A DNA stretch of 63,990 bases, counting the filler, from an uncultured Acidimicrobiia bacterium (lineage in GTDB: Bacteria; Actinomycetota; Acidimicrobiia; Spongiisociales; JAOTWH01): the NCBI GenBank assembly GCA_964347285.1. It is 3 parts of 3 records of this genome, joined end to end, with 100 filler letters (N's around TTAATTAATTAA, not from the genome) between each part and the next. Parts side by side here need not be neighbours in the genome. Positions count along the whole stretch, not along the records: positions 1 to 26,982 come from CAYFYE010000024.1; 2 more parts are not named here. One strand, 5' to 3'. The notes below the pieces were generated by a model that made no database searches, was not told the DNA's origin, and worked only from the letters and a program-made list of their open reading frames with translations. Below, piece by piece: positions 10,584 to 20,064 of the stretch. Made by a program: the position numbers and the translations under genes. How positions within the stretch are numbered: the stretch's first letter is position 1; every line of letters begins with the position of its first letter.

Positions 10584-11096
10584 CTACTCGGAGATCGGCG
10601 GCTCGGGTGCGGGACCCCGTGCCTGGTGGAGCACGTTTCGGGCACCGCGCACCTCCTGGAGCAGTTCGGCCAGCACGGTCTCCGCCTCGGCGAGACGAGC
10701 CTCGGCGTCGTCCTCCCCCTCGAGCCGGATCCGGCGGGCTTCGGTTTCGGCATTACGTACCAGCCGGTTGGCCTCCTCGACCGCCTCCTTCACGATGTAG
10801 GACTCGCTCACCAGGCCCTGTGCCTTCTCCCGGGCGTCGTCGAGTATGTGGCGGGCCTTCTCGTTGGTACGGGCCACGAAGGCGTCCCGCTCTCGGACCA
10901 TCCAGCGAGCCGCCCTCAGCTCTTCGGGCAGCTCCTGGCGCAAGTTGTCCAGCTTGGCCAGGAACTCCTCCCGATCAAGCATGACGTTGCCCGACAGCGG
11001 CACGCTCTTGGCTCCCTCCACGGCCGCAATCAACTCCTCGACCAGATCGAGGAGAGCGCCCGGAGTCGGTGGGATTCGTTGTTCTTCGCTCGTCAC
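10584..11096 (-). CDS. Coiled-coil DivIVA-like (SepIVA/Rv2927c-like) protein
   Basis: VEGAKSVPLS...LPEELRAARW coiled coil between coaD and yceD; GTG overlaps the coaD stop. Confidence 0.75.
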   Translation of the reverse strand: MTSEEQRIPPTPGALLDLVEELIAAVEGAKSVPLSGNVMLDREEFLAKLDNLRQELPEELRAARWMVRERDAFVARTNEKARHILDDAREKAQGLVSESYIVKEAVEEANRLVRNAETEARRIRLEGEDDAEARLAEAETVLAELLQEVRGARNVLHQARGPAPEPPISE

Positions 11097-11566
11097 GACA
11101 GCTTCTCCCGCAGGGCGTCGAGCACCAGTGGTGGTACCAGGTCGCCCACGTTCCCCCCAAACCGGGCCACTTCCTTGACGAGGGAAGACGACAAGAAGCT
11201 GTATTCGGGCTTGGTGGCGACGAACATCGACACGATCCCCGACAGCCGTCGGTTCATCTGCGCCATCTGGAGCTCGTAGTCGAAGTCGGAGATCGCCCGC
11301 ATGCCCTTGACGATCACGTCGACCCCCAGCTCCACCGCGAAATCCACGAGCAGTCCGTCGAAGGCGCTCACTTCGACGTTCTCGAGGTCGGCGCAACAAT
11401 CTTTGAGCAGGTTCATTCGCTCCTGGGTGCTGAACAGCGGCTCTTTGGAAGGATTGGCGAGGACGCCCACCACCACCCGGTCGAAGATCCCCGAGCACCG
11501 GCCGATCACGTCGAGATGCCCGTTGGTGGGGGGATCAAAGCTCCCCGGCAGCAGGGCACTGCTCAT
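11093..11566 (-). CDS. coaD: Phosphopantetheine adenylyltransferase
   Basis: PGSFDPPTNGH, DFDYELQMA, SFLSSSLVKE. Confidence 0.97.
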   Translation of the reverse strand: MSSALLPGSFDPPTNGHLDVIGRCSGIFDRVVVGVLANPSKEPLFSTQERMNLLKDCCADLENVEVSAFDGLLVDFAVELGVDVIVKGMRAISDFDYELQMAQMNRRLSGIVSMFVATKPEYSFLSSSLVKEVARFGGNVGDLVPPLVLDALREKLS

Positions 11567-12105
11567 CACATCTCCTTGTTGAGCCGCCACACGGCGCTGT
11601 CTCCGTAGCGACGGTGCTGCTGGTAGTGCAGGCCCGCGGGCCAGGCCGGTTCTTCCTCGCCGCTCGGCCGGTGCAAGACCACTATGGCACCTGGGGCGAG
11701 CACGGCGACCAGGTCCTCGAGCACCTTCTGGAGAGACGCTAGCGACAGGGCGAAGGGAGGGTCAACGAACGCCAGGTCGAAGGGACCGGCGGCGCCTTTC
11801 AGGTAGTCGGCGACGTCGCCGCCGACGACCTCGCCGTCCAATCCGGTAGCGGCCAGGTTGTCCGCCAGCGCGGCCTGCGCCGTCCGATCGCTCTCCACGA
11901 AGACGGCCGAACCGGCCCCCCGACTCAATGCTTCGATGCCGAGCGATCCCGAGCCGGCATAGAGATCGAGGACCCGGGCGCCCTCCACCAGCGCCCCCAG
12001 CGACGAGAACAGGGCCTCACGGACTCGATCGGTCATCGGCCGGGTGGTCGCGCCTCTGGGAGCCTTGAGCCGCCGTCCCTTGGCGACGCCGGCGATCACC
12101 CGCAT
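11566..12105 (-). CDS. rsmD: 16S rRNA m2G966 methyltransferase
   Basis: MRVIAG..KGR, RPMTDRVREALF, LDLYAGSG, DPPF. Confidence 0.95.
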   Translation of the reverse strand: MRVIAGVAKGRRLKAPRGATTRPMTDRVREALFSSLGALVEGARVLDLYAGSGSLGIEALSRGAGSAVFVESDRTAQAALADNLAATGLDGEVVGGDVADYLKGAAGPFDLAFVDPPFALSLASLQKVLEDLVAVLAPGAIVVLHRPSGEEEPAWPAGLHYQQHRRYGDSAVWRLNKEM

Positions 12106-12106
12106 C

Positions 12107-14305
12107 TCAAGAAATGAACAGCCACTCGACCTCCTCGCCGAGCAGAGCCCGGATCTCCTCGGCGATCGGGGCATGGCCCGACAGGTCGGGGTCGGCGGCC
12201 ACCAGGGCGAACGCCTCTCGCCGCGCCGTCACCAGAGACTCGACGTCGCGCAAGATGTCGGCCAGGCGCAGGTCGGCCACCCCGGCCTGTCGAGCGCCGA
12301 ACACGGTGCCCTGGCCCCTGATACGGAGGTCCTCTTCGGCGAGACGAAAGCCGTCCGTGGTGGCCACCATGGCCCCGATACGGCGCTCCCCTTCGGAAGT
12401 CGTGGGCTCGGCAAGCAGCACGCAGGTCGCCTGCACCTCGCCCCGGCCCACCCGGCCCCGGAGCTGGTGGAGCTGGCTGAGCCCGAAACGATCGGCATCC
12501 TCGATGACCATCAAGGTGGCGTTGGGGATGTCGATGCCGACTTCTATCACCGTCGTCGCCACCAGGACATCGATCTCCCCGTCCCGGAAGCGGTCCATGA
12601 CCTGTTCTTTCTCGGCCGGACGGAGTTGCCCGTGGATGAGGCCGAGGCGCAGATCGTCCAGGATCCCCTGGAGCCGCTCGAACTCGGCGGTGGCCGAAGC
12701 CGCGTACACCTTGGGACTGTCCTCCACCAAGGGACAAACCACGAAGGCCTGACGGCCCCGGGCGGCCTCGGCCCGTATCAGCGCATACACCTCCTCCAGG
12801 TCGGAGGGCGACTTGCCTTTGTGGATGGTGACCGTCGGCAAACGGCCCGGCGGCATCTCGTCCAGGATCGACACGTCGAGATCGCCGTAGAGGGTCATCG
12901 ACAACGTTCGCGGGATGGGGGTGGCGGTCATGATGAGCAGATCGGGCTGGGCCTCAGCGCCCTTCTCCCGCAGTCGTACTCGCTGGTGCACCCCGAAGCG
13001 GTGCTGCTCGTCGACCACGGCCAGGCCGAGGCGCAGGAAGTGGACCCCTTCCTGAATGAGGGCATGGGTGCCCACCACCACGTCGACATCTCCCGCCCCG
13101 ATCCACTCGACCACCTGATCGCGCTTGACGCTTCCCCTGGGCCGGAAGTTCACCTCGGCGGCGCTCGAGGTCAAGAGCGCCAGGCGGACGGGAGACGGTG
13201 CGTTGGCCTCTTCGGAGAAGAGGCTGCCCATTCCCAGGCCGGCTCCTGCCCCCTCGATGGGCGGACCCAGGCCGGAACCCTCGATCAGATCGCCGATGCT
13301 GAGGAAGTGCTGCTCGGCGAGCACCTCGGTAGGAGCCATCACCGCGGCCTGATAGCCGCCTTGAATGGCAGTGAGAAGCGACGCCACGGCCACCACGGTC
13401 TTGCCGGAGCCGACCTCGCCCTGGAGGAGGCGGTGCATGGGGTGGGGGGCCGCCAGGTCCTTGTGGATCTCGGTCAGGCAGCGCCGCTGCGCTCCGGTGA
13501 GCGGATAGGGCAGCCCGGAGACGAATGCGCCCACCAGGCCGTTGTCGACGGCATGCTCGATGCCGGCCGCCTCTTCGATTTGCCGGTGCTTGCGCAGCGC
13601 CAAAGCCACTTCCAGCCGGAACAGCTCATCGAACACCAGCCTCCGGCGCGCCTCCTCGGCGTCTTCGAGGCTGTCGGGAAAGTGCACGTCGGCGATGGCC
13701 CGGTCGCGGCCCACCAACCCGAGTCGCTCCACCAGCTCGATAGGGAGCGAATCGGAGATCGGCCGGGAACGGCCCAGAGCGTTGTGGACGGCCCGCCGCA
13801 GGTGGCCCGGACCCACCCCGCTCACCGTCGGGTGCACCGGCACCACCCGGCCGGTGACCAGGGACTCTCCGGGACGGTCGAGCACGTCGACGGCCGCAGA
13901 GCTCATCTGCAGCCTCCCTCGATACCGCTCCACTTTGCCCGAGAGCGCCACCTCGGCCCCCTCGGTGAGCTGGCGGGCTCGGAACGGCTGGTTGAACCAG
14001 ACTGCGAACAGGTAGGAATTGCCGTCGAAGATCGAGGCCTCGACGATGGTGAGCTTGCCGCGCACCCGGCGGGTCTTGACCTGCTTCACCACGCCGACGG
14101 CGGTGATTTCTTCGCCCACCGGCACATCGGCCAGCGACACGATGCGAGATCGGTCGATATAGCGGCGCGGGGCATGGAGCAGCAGGTCGGTGACGCTGGC
14201 GACCCCGGCTTCCGTCAAAGCCCGGGCCCGCTTTCCGGCCAGTCCCTTGACCCGTTCCACCGGGACGGCGGCGAGGTAGGCGAGGCTTCGCCCGGGAGGC
14301 GTCAT
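12107..14305 (-). CDS. recG: ATP-dependent DNA helicase RecG
   Basis: LQGEVGSGKT, DEQHRFG, MTATPIPRT, QLRGRVGRG. Confidence 0.97.
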   Translation of the reverse strand: MTPPGRSLAYLAAVPVERVKGLAGKRARALTEAGVASVTDLLLHAPRRYIDRSRIVSLADVPVGEEITAVGVVKQVKTRRVRGKLTIVEASIFDGNSYLFAVWFNQPFRARQLTEGAEVALSGKVERYRGRLQMSSAAVDVLDRPGESLVTGRVVPVHPTVSGVGPGHLRRAVHNALGRSRPISDSLPIELVERLGLVGRDRAIADVHFPDSLEDAEEARRRLVFDELFRLEVALALRKHRQIEEAAGIEHAVDNGLVGAFVSGLPYPLTGAQRRCLTEIHKDLAAPHPMHRLLQGEVGSGKTVVAVASLLTAIQGGYQAAVMAPTEVLAEQHFLSIGDLIEGSGLGPPIEGAGAGLGMGSLFSEEANAPSPVRLALLTSSAAEVNFRPRGSVKRDQVVEWIGAGDVDVVVGTHALIQEGVHFLRLGLAVVDEQHRFGVHQRVRLREKGAEAQPDLLIMTATPIPRTLSMTLYGDLDVSILDEMPPGRLPTVTIHKGKSPSDLEEVYALIRAEAARGRQAFVVCPLVEDSPKVYAASATAEFERLQGILDDLRLGLIHGQLRPAEKEQVMDRFRDGEIDVLVATTVIEVGIDIPNATLMVIEDADRFGLSQLHQLRGRVGRGEVQATCVLLAEPTTSEGERRIGAMVATTDGFRLAEEDLRIRGQGTVFGARQAGVADLRLADILRDVESLVTARREAFALVAADPDLSGHAPIAEEIRALLGEEVEWLFIS

Positions 14306-14422
14306 CGGCCGTTGACGGGCGGCGGATCGGAGGTCATCGGTCGGCCGAGTATACGGAGGCGTCGGGGCAGGCCCGGGCCTCTGCTATTCTCCCGGCGCTT
14401 CCCCCGATTCCCGGGATTCTTC

Positions 14423-14611
14423 ATGGCGTACAGATGCGAGATTTGCGGCAAGGAGCCGTGGGTGGGCAAGCAGGTCAGCTTCTCCCACAAGCGGTCGAGC
14501 CGCCGCTGGTTGCCCAACATTCAGCGGGTCCGGGTGCGCCACGGCAGCAACTCGCGACGGATGCGAGTGTGCACCGCCTGCATCAAGGCCGGCAAGATCG
14601 AGAAGGTGTGA
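14423..14611 (+). CDS. rpmB: 50S ribosomal protein L28
   Basis: MAYRCEICGK...VSFSHKRSSRRWLPNIQ...VCTACIKAGK. Confidence 0.95.
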   Translation: MAYRCEICGKEPWVGKQVSFSHKRSSRRWLPNIQRVRVRHGSNSRRMRVCTACIKAGKIEKV

Positions 14612-14823
14612 TGCAGGGCGTCGTCAAGGTCTACGACCCCACTACCGGTGTCGGAGTGATTTTGCGCGACGACGATCAGAGCCGGGTTTACCTTCGTCCC
14701 GGCTCCCTGGAAGGAAGTGTGTTCCGCACCCTCCGCCAAGGCCAAAGGATCATCTTCGACGCCGAAGAGGAGGACGGACGCCTCTTTGCCGCCCGGCTAC
14801 GGCTGGGAGCCGACGGGTACTGA
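14611..14823 (+). CDS. Cold-shock-domain-like protein
   Basis: MQGVVKVYD..GVGVI...FRTLRQGQRI OB-fold pattern; ATG overlaps the rpmB stop (TGATG). Confidence 0.75.
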   Translation: MQGVVKVYDPTTGVGVILRDDDQSRVYLRPGSLEGSVFRTLRQGQRIIFDAEEEDGRLFAARLRLGADGY

Positions 14824-14959
14824 GGGCGTTCTCGCGGTTCCCGCCGATCGGAGGCAGCCGGCCGGGCCCGGGGGTCCCGCGCCGACCGGACCTGCCATCG
14901 GCCCCTCGCCTCTGTATAGTCGCCCCTGGAGAGGACTTTTCAAGCTTCAAGGAGGCACG

Positions 14960-15193
14960 TTGGTCGAGGCCTACATCCTCATTCAGAGCGAAGTGGGAAA
15001 GGCCGCCCAGGTGGCCGAGCAAGTTGGAAAGATCGCCGGGGTGAAGAACGCCCACGCAGTGACCGGACCCTACGATGCCATCATCCATGCCGAGGCGGAA
15101 GATGTCGATGCTCTCGGCAAGCTGGTCGTAGCCAAGATCCAGTCGGTAGAAGGGATCACCCGCACCCTCACCTGCCCGGTCGTCAAGCTCTGA
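14960..15193 (+). CDS. Lrp/AsnC ligand-binding-domain-only protein
   Basis: SD AAGGAGG, TTG start; VEAYILI...VTGPYDAII...GITRTLTCPV. Confidence 0.88.
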   Translation: MVEAYILIQSEVGKAAQVAEQVGKIAGVKNAHAVTGPYDAIIHAEAEDVDALGKLVVAKIQSVEGITRTLTCPVVKL

Positions 15194-15307
15194 CCGCCCG
15201 ACCTCCCGAATCCCTCCGAGGCCGACGGCCGGGCCCGCCGGAGTCCCGTCGGTTCGATACGAACCGGGACCGGCCTGCCATGGCGGCTCGGTGCCGGGAG
15301 CGATTCC

Positions 15308-16330
15308 CTACCGGGCGGTGGCCATCAGCGCCAGCCTGACCAGTTCATCGCACAGCTCGGGGTAGCTCATTCCCGACGCCTGCCACATCTTCGGAAACCC
15401 CGAGATGGGGGTGAACCCCGGCATCGTGTTGACTTCGTTGAGAAGAAAGCCGCGCCCGGGCTGCTCGAAGAGGAAGTCGACGCGGGCCAGTCCCCGGCAC
15501 TCCAGAGCCGTGAATGCCCGAGCCGCCAGCTCCTGCACGTGAGCCGTCTCGACCTCGGTGAGATCGGCCGGACAGACGAACTGCGACGCCTCATCCTCGT
15601 ACTTGGCCTCGAAGTCGTACCAGGCCTTCTCGATGACGATCTCGCCGGGGACCGACACCCGGGGACCGTCGAGCACGGCCACCTCGATCTCCCGGCCCCC
15701 GATCGCCTCCTCCACCAATACCTTGTGGCCGTAGCCGAGGGCGTCCTCGATGGCCTGCTTCACCTCCTGTTCGCTCCCGGCCCTCCCCACCCCGATCGAC
15801 GAACCCATCTGGGCCGGTTTGACGAAGACGGGGAGAGCCAATCCGTCGACGAGCCGTTTGACGATCGTTCCCGGGGAGTCGTCCCATTCACTGCGCCGGA
15901 CGATCTCATAGGGGGTCGTAGGGATACCGGCATGCCGGAAGAGCCGCTTGGCTATGTCCTTTTCCATACCCAGCGTGGAGCCGAGCACCCCGGAGCCCAC
16001 GTAGGGTATTCCCGCCATCTCCAGCATGCCCTGGATGGTGCCGTCCTCCCCAAAGGGACCGTGGAGCACCGGAAAGGCCACATCGAAAGCGATGTCTCCG
16101 CCCGGCGTCGATAATGTTCCCTGCGGAACGGCGAACGTCGCCTCTGGTCCAGTCGCCTGGAGGGGCCGGGCACCGGGATCGGGCACATGCCATGCCCCAT
16201 CCCGGTCGATCCCCACCAGGGCGACTCGGTGACCGGCGCCGGTCAGGGCCTCGAAGATGGCCACCGCCGAAATGCAGGAGATCTCATGCTCGGCAGATCT
16301 TCCACCGAAAATGAGAAGGACGCGAGCCAT
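15308..16330 (-). CDS. ddl: D-alanine--D-alanine ligase
   Basis: GGRSAEHEIS, LHGPFGEDG, GSSIG, NEVNTMPGFT. Confidence 0.96.
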   Translation of the reverse strand: MARVLLIFGGRSAEHEISCISAVAIFEALTGAGHRVALVGIDRDGAWHVPDPGARPLQATGPEATFAVPQGTLSTPGGDIAFDVAFPVLHGPFGEDGTIQGMLEMAGIPYVGSGVLGSTLGMEKDIAKRLFRHAGIPTTPYEIVRRSEWDDSPGTIVKRLVDGLALPVFVKPAQMGSSIGVGRAGSEQEVKQAIEDALGYGHKVLVEEAIGGREIEVAVLDGPRVSVPGEIVIEKAWYDFEAKYEDEASQFVCPADLTEVETAHVQELAARAFTALECRGLARVDFLFEQPGRGFLLNEVNTMPGFTPISGFPKMWQASGMSYPELCDELVRLALMATAR

Positions 16331-16345
16331 TACGTCGAGGATACT

Positions 16346-18184
16346 GTGAGCACTCCCGGGGCCGAGGTACCGGCCCAGCCTCCCTCGCCCCTCGACGCCG
16401 GCCATCGTCTCGCCGTCGCCGTCATTGCGCTGGCGCTCTCGTGGGCAGGCCTGGTAGTTCTGGTCGTGTCGGCCATCGACACCGGGACCTGGGACGAGGC
16501 GGGGGTCTGGGTTCCCTCCGTGCCGGCCGTGGCGGTTCTGGGAGCAGTGACGTTCATGTCCCGGCGTGGGGCGGGCCTCCTTTCGGTAGAGGGGGGCGCC
16601 CTGGCCTGGAGCGTTGCCGTTCTGGCCGGCCTCTTCGCCTACGCCGGGGTGCGCGCCCAGGCACCGCCCACCGCCGCCTACGCTGCGGCAATCGTCGTCG
16701 TGGCCGGCCTGATCGTGAGACCGGCCCTGGTGCTGGCCGCCACCGCCCTGGCCGGCGTCGGCTACTACCTGGCCCTGGAGCATGCCGGCGCGGACCTCTC
16801 CTGGGCAGCCACCCTCGCCCGGCTGGCGGTGTTGGCGGCTGTGGGAGTGATCGGCGCACTGATGATGCGCGCCGTGGGAATCTCGGCTCGCTACGCCGAG
16901 GAGCGGATCAACACCATGCGGCGCCAGGAGGAAGAGCTCCAGCGTCGCCAGCAGGATCTCGAGCGCCTCTACGAGGTGAGCAGGACCATAGGAGCCGGCA
17001 GCGACCTGGCCGAGGTCCTCCCCGAGCTGGTGGGTCGGGTTGCCGATTCGGTGGGCGCCAAGGTCGGCCTGGTGCTCCTCTACGTGCCGGCCGACCAGGC
17101 CCTCGAGGTGGTCTCACCGATTTGGGTGGCCGGGCATGCGCTGCGAGCCGAGGGCTATCTCCTCCCCCTCACCGCACCGGGGCTGGCCCAGCGGGTATTC
17201 ATCAGCTCGGAGGCCGACTACCTCAACGAGCTGGGCGACGACACCGAGGACGCCCTGCTGCGCGACCTCGATGCCGAGCACGTGGCGGCAGTACCCCTAC
17301 GGCTCGAAGCGCACACCATCGGGGTACTGATGGTGGCCGATCCCGAGTCGGGCGCCTTCCGGCCGGCCGATCTCGAAACGCTGGAGACGCTGGGGGCGCC
17401 CACCGCCCTGATCCTCGAGCACCTCACCCGCTTCGAGGCGGCCCGAGAAACCAGCGAGAGGATGACCGAGCTGGCCCAACTGAAGACCGACTTCGTATCG
17501 GTCGTGAGCCACGAGCTCCGGACTCCCCTCACTTCGATCATCGGCATCCTGGCCACCCTCTCCCGCCCCGAGTTCGCCCCCGACGATCCGGACGCCGCCC
17601 AGCTTCTCTCCACGGCCCGGCGCCAGGCCAACCGGCTCAAGCGACTCATCGAAGACCTGCTCACCGTATCCCGGCTGGACAACCGGTCCCTGCCCATGCG
17701 TCCCGAGAGCATCGAGCTGCAGTCGTTCGTTCGCGACGTCGTGCGCAGCATCCCCAACTCGGACGGGCTCATCTCACTCGACCTCTCACCGGTGCTACCC
17801 CTGATCTCGGCCGACCCGGAACATCTGCGGCGACTCCTCACCAACCTGGTCGACAATGCCATCAAATACGGGCAGGGAAGCAGCATCGAGGCCATCGCCC
17901 GACCGTCGGGCGATGAGGTGTGGATCTCGATCGTCGATCACGGCCCCGGGATCCCCTACGAGCTCCACGACCACATCTTCGAGAGATTCACCCAGGCCGC
18001 CCCCCACGAGACCCGGGCCCGGGGCGGGACCGGGCTGGGCCTCTCCATCGTGCGCGGGTTGGCCGAAGCGATGGGGGGCCGGGTCTGGTACGAGCCCACC
18101 ATCGGCGGCGGAGCCACCTTCACCATCGCCCTCCCCAAGGAACCGCCCCCGTATCGAGCGGTAGTCGGCAGCGACGGGGGCTAG
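16346..18184 (+). CDS. Membrane GAF-domain sensor histidine kinase (orphan)
   Basis: TM N-terminus, GAF, SHELRTPL, NLVDNAIKY, DHGPGI, GGTGLGL; start codon uncertain. Confidence 0.9.
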   Translation: MSTPGAEVPAQPPSPLDAGHRLAVAVIALALSWAGLVVLVVSAIDTGTWDEAGVWVPSVPAVAVLGAVTFMSRRGAGLLSVEGGALAWSVAVLAGLFAYAGVRAQAPPTAAYAAAIVVVAGLIVRPALVLAATALAGVGYYLALEHAGADLSWAATLARLAVLAAVGVIGALMMRAVGISARYAEERINTMRRQEEELQRRQQDLERLYEVSRTIGAGSDLAEVLPELVGRVADSVGAKVGLVLLYVPADQALEVVSPIWVAGHALRAEGYLLPLTAPGLAQRVFISSEADYLNELGDDTEDALLRDLDAEHVAAVPLRLEAHTIGVLMVADPESGAFRPADLETLETLGAPTALILEHLTRFEAARETSERMTELAQLKTDFVSVVSHELRTPLTSIIGILATLSRPEFAPDDPDAAQLLSTARRQANRLKRLIEDLLTVSRLDNRSLPMRPESIELQSFVRDVVRSIPNSDGLISLDLSPVLPLISADPEHLRRLLTNLVDNAIKYGQGSSIEAIARPSGDEVWISIVDHGPGIPYELHDHIFERFTQAAPHETRARGGTGLGLSIVRGLAEAMGGRVWYEPTIGGGATFTIALPKEPPPYRAVVGSDGG

Positions 18185-18310
18185 CGCACCCCGCCGGTCG
18201 GGATCACCCGAATAGCGCTGCGATTTCCTCGGACCGGAGTCCCTCCCCCGCCGTGGCAGTGCGGTCCCGACCTGGGGAGGCGGGGGCGGCACGGCTCCGA
18301 CCCGGCGTGC

Positions 18311-19093
18311 TCAATCCGAGCCGGGAACGGCGACGGCGTGGAAACCCCCGTCGACGTGGATGATCTCGCCGGTCGTCATGGGCGCCCAATCAGACAGCAG
18401 GACGCACACCATGCGGGCCACCGGATCGGGGTCGGAAACATCCCACCCCAGCGGTGCCTGCTTCGCCCACACCCCCTCGAACCGCTCGAATCCGGGGATG
18501 GACTTGGCGGCAACGGTCCCCAACGGCCCGGCCGATACCGCGTTCACCCTGATCCGGCGGGGTCCGAGGTCGCGAGCCAGGTAGCGCGTCACCGAAGCCA
18601 GGGCCGACTTGGCCACCCCCATCCAGTCGTAGGCCGGCCAGGCCCGCCGGTTGTCGAAGTCGAGCGTCACGAGAGACCCACCGCCGGCGGCCTCGAGCAG
18701 CGGAAGCAGGCCCACGGCGAGCGCCTTGTAGGAGTAGGCCGAGGTGAGAAAGGCGGTTCCGGCGCTCTCGGGCGGCGTCTCCAGGAAGCGGCCGCCGAGG
18801 GCGTCATCGGGGGCGAAGGCGATGGCGTGGAGGGCTCCGTCCACCGCCCCCCAGCGGGCGTCGAGCTCGGCAGCCATCGCGTCGATGTGGGCCGGCTGGT
18901 TGATGTCCAGCTCCAGCACCTCGGCCTCTTTGGGCAGACGCTTGGCCGAACGCTCGGTGAGTCGCAGGCCCCGACCGAACCCGGTGAGCACGACGTCGGC
19001 TCCCTCCTCCTGGGCGACCCGAGCGCTGTGCCACGCAATGGAATCGTCTGTGAGCACACCCGTGATGACGAGCCGCTTTCCGTCTAAGAGCAC
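18311..19093 (-). CDS. fabI: Enoyl-ACP reductase (InhA/FabI type)
   Basis: LLDGKRLVITGV, YDWMGVAK, EIIHVDGG; SD GGAGGT before the GTG. Confidence 0.92.
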   Translation of the reverse strand: MLLDGKRLVITGVLTDDSIAWHSARVAQEEGADVVLTGFGRGLRLTERSAKRLPKEAEVLELDINQPAHIDAMAAELDARWGAVDGALHAIAFAPDDALGGRFLETPPESAGTAFLTSAYSYKALAVGLLPLLEAAGGGSLVTLDFDNRRAWPAYDWMGVAKSALASVTRYLARDLGPRRIRVNAVSAGPLGTVAAKSIPGFERFEGVWAKQAPLGWDVSDPDPVARMVCVLLSDWAPMTTGEIIHVDGGFHAVAVPGSD

Positions 19094-19137
19094 GCGAACC
19101 TCCGTCGATGAAAAGCTATCAGGTGGCGAAGCACGTG

Positions 19138-19494
19138 CTACGTGTTCGCCATCGCTCGAAACCCGAGACCCATCACGAACAGCAGCAGCACCCCGTAATA
19201 CAGGGCCGGTCGGCGAGCGAACGTCGGACGGTAGATGTAGACGAACGCGAACGTGAACAGGATGACGAAGCCGTAGAAGATGTGAATGCCGTCGGGTCGC
19301 ATGTCCTGGGCGTAGAGGATGAACCCCAGGCCTACCTGGATCAGCATGGCCCCGATGGCAACGGCCCGGCCGTACGAGAAGGCCGGGCCCGGAGCCCGCT
19401 TGGCGACCGCGAGGGCCAGGCCCCACAGCCCGGTCGTCCCGGTGGCGGCAATGGCCACCCAGAACCAGGTTCGATGCATGTCGAGAACGCTCAC
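19138..19494 (-). CDS. Hypothetical membrane protein
   Basis: Four hydrophobic segments and an HIFYG motif. Confidence 0.7.
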   Translation of the reverse strand: MSVLDMHRTWFWVAIAATGTTGLWGLALAVAKRAPGPAFSYGRAVAIGAMLIQVGLGFILYAQDMRPDGIHIFYGFVILFTFAFVYIYRPTFARRPALYYGVLLLFVMGLGFRAMANT

Positions 19495-19551
19495 TGAGGC
19501 CGGCGGCCGACGGTCATGACGGCGAGGTTACCGGGGGGCACCCCGCCATCA

Positions 19552-20019
19552 TCAAGTGATCGAGGCCAGCTCGGCGTCCAGGTAGTCGAGCAAGGCGGAG
19601 GCGTCGAGGTGAATCGAGACGCCCCGTGCTCCGCCTCCGACGGCGATCCGACCCGAAGCTGCGATCGAAGCGTCGGCGATCACCGGCCAGCGATATCTGG
19701 CTCCGAGGGGGGTGATGGCTCCCCGCTCATATCCGCTGGCGGATCGGGCTTCCTCGGCGGCGGGCATGGTCAAGCGCGATACCCCCAGATGGGCGCGCAG
19801 CTTGGACCAGTCCATCTGGCGGTCGCCGGGGATCAGCACGAAGAGGTAGTCGTCCTCGCCCCGGCGCACGACCAGTGTCTTGATGAGGGCGCTCGTGACG
19901 ATCCCCTGGGCAGCCGCGCTTTCTTCCGCCGAATTGGGCGGCGGAAAGCGCTTCACCTCGTGTTCGAGTGCGCTCTCCGCCAGCTCGCGCAACGCCGGGG
20001 TTTCCTCCATCGTCGGCAC
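19552..20019 (-). CDS. YbaK/EbsC aminoacyl-tRNA deacylase family
   Basis: LIKTLVV, GYERGAITPLG, GGGARG. Confidence 0.88.
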   Translation of the reverse strand: MPTMEETPALRELAESALEHEVKRFPPPNSAEESAAAQGIVTSALIKTLVVRRGEDDYLFVLIPGDRQMDWSKLRAHLGVSRLTMPAAEEARSASGYERGAITPLGARYRWPVIADASIAASGRIAVGGGARGVSIHLDASALLDYLDAELASIT

Positions 20020-20064
20020 GGTACTCCTCTAGTGTCGTGATCCGCAGCGAGCAAGGAGCGGGTC

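Noticed and set aside
12044..14611. 855-aa plus-strand ORF ending in the L28 sequence (apparent fusion)
   Set aside because: Antisense shadow of recG in high-GC DNA; the real rpmB starts at ATG 14423.
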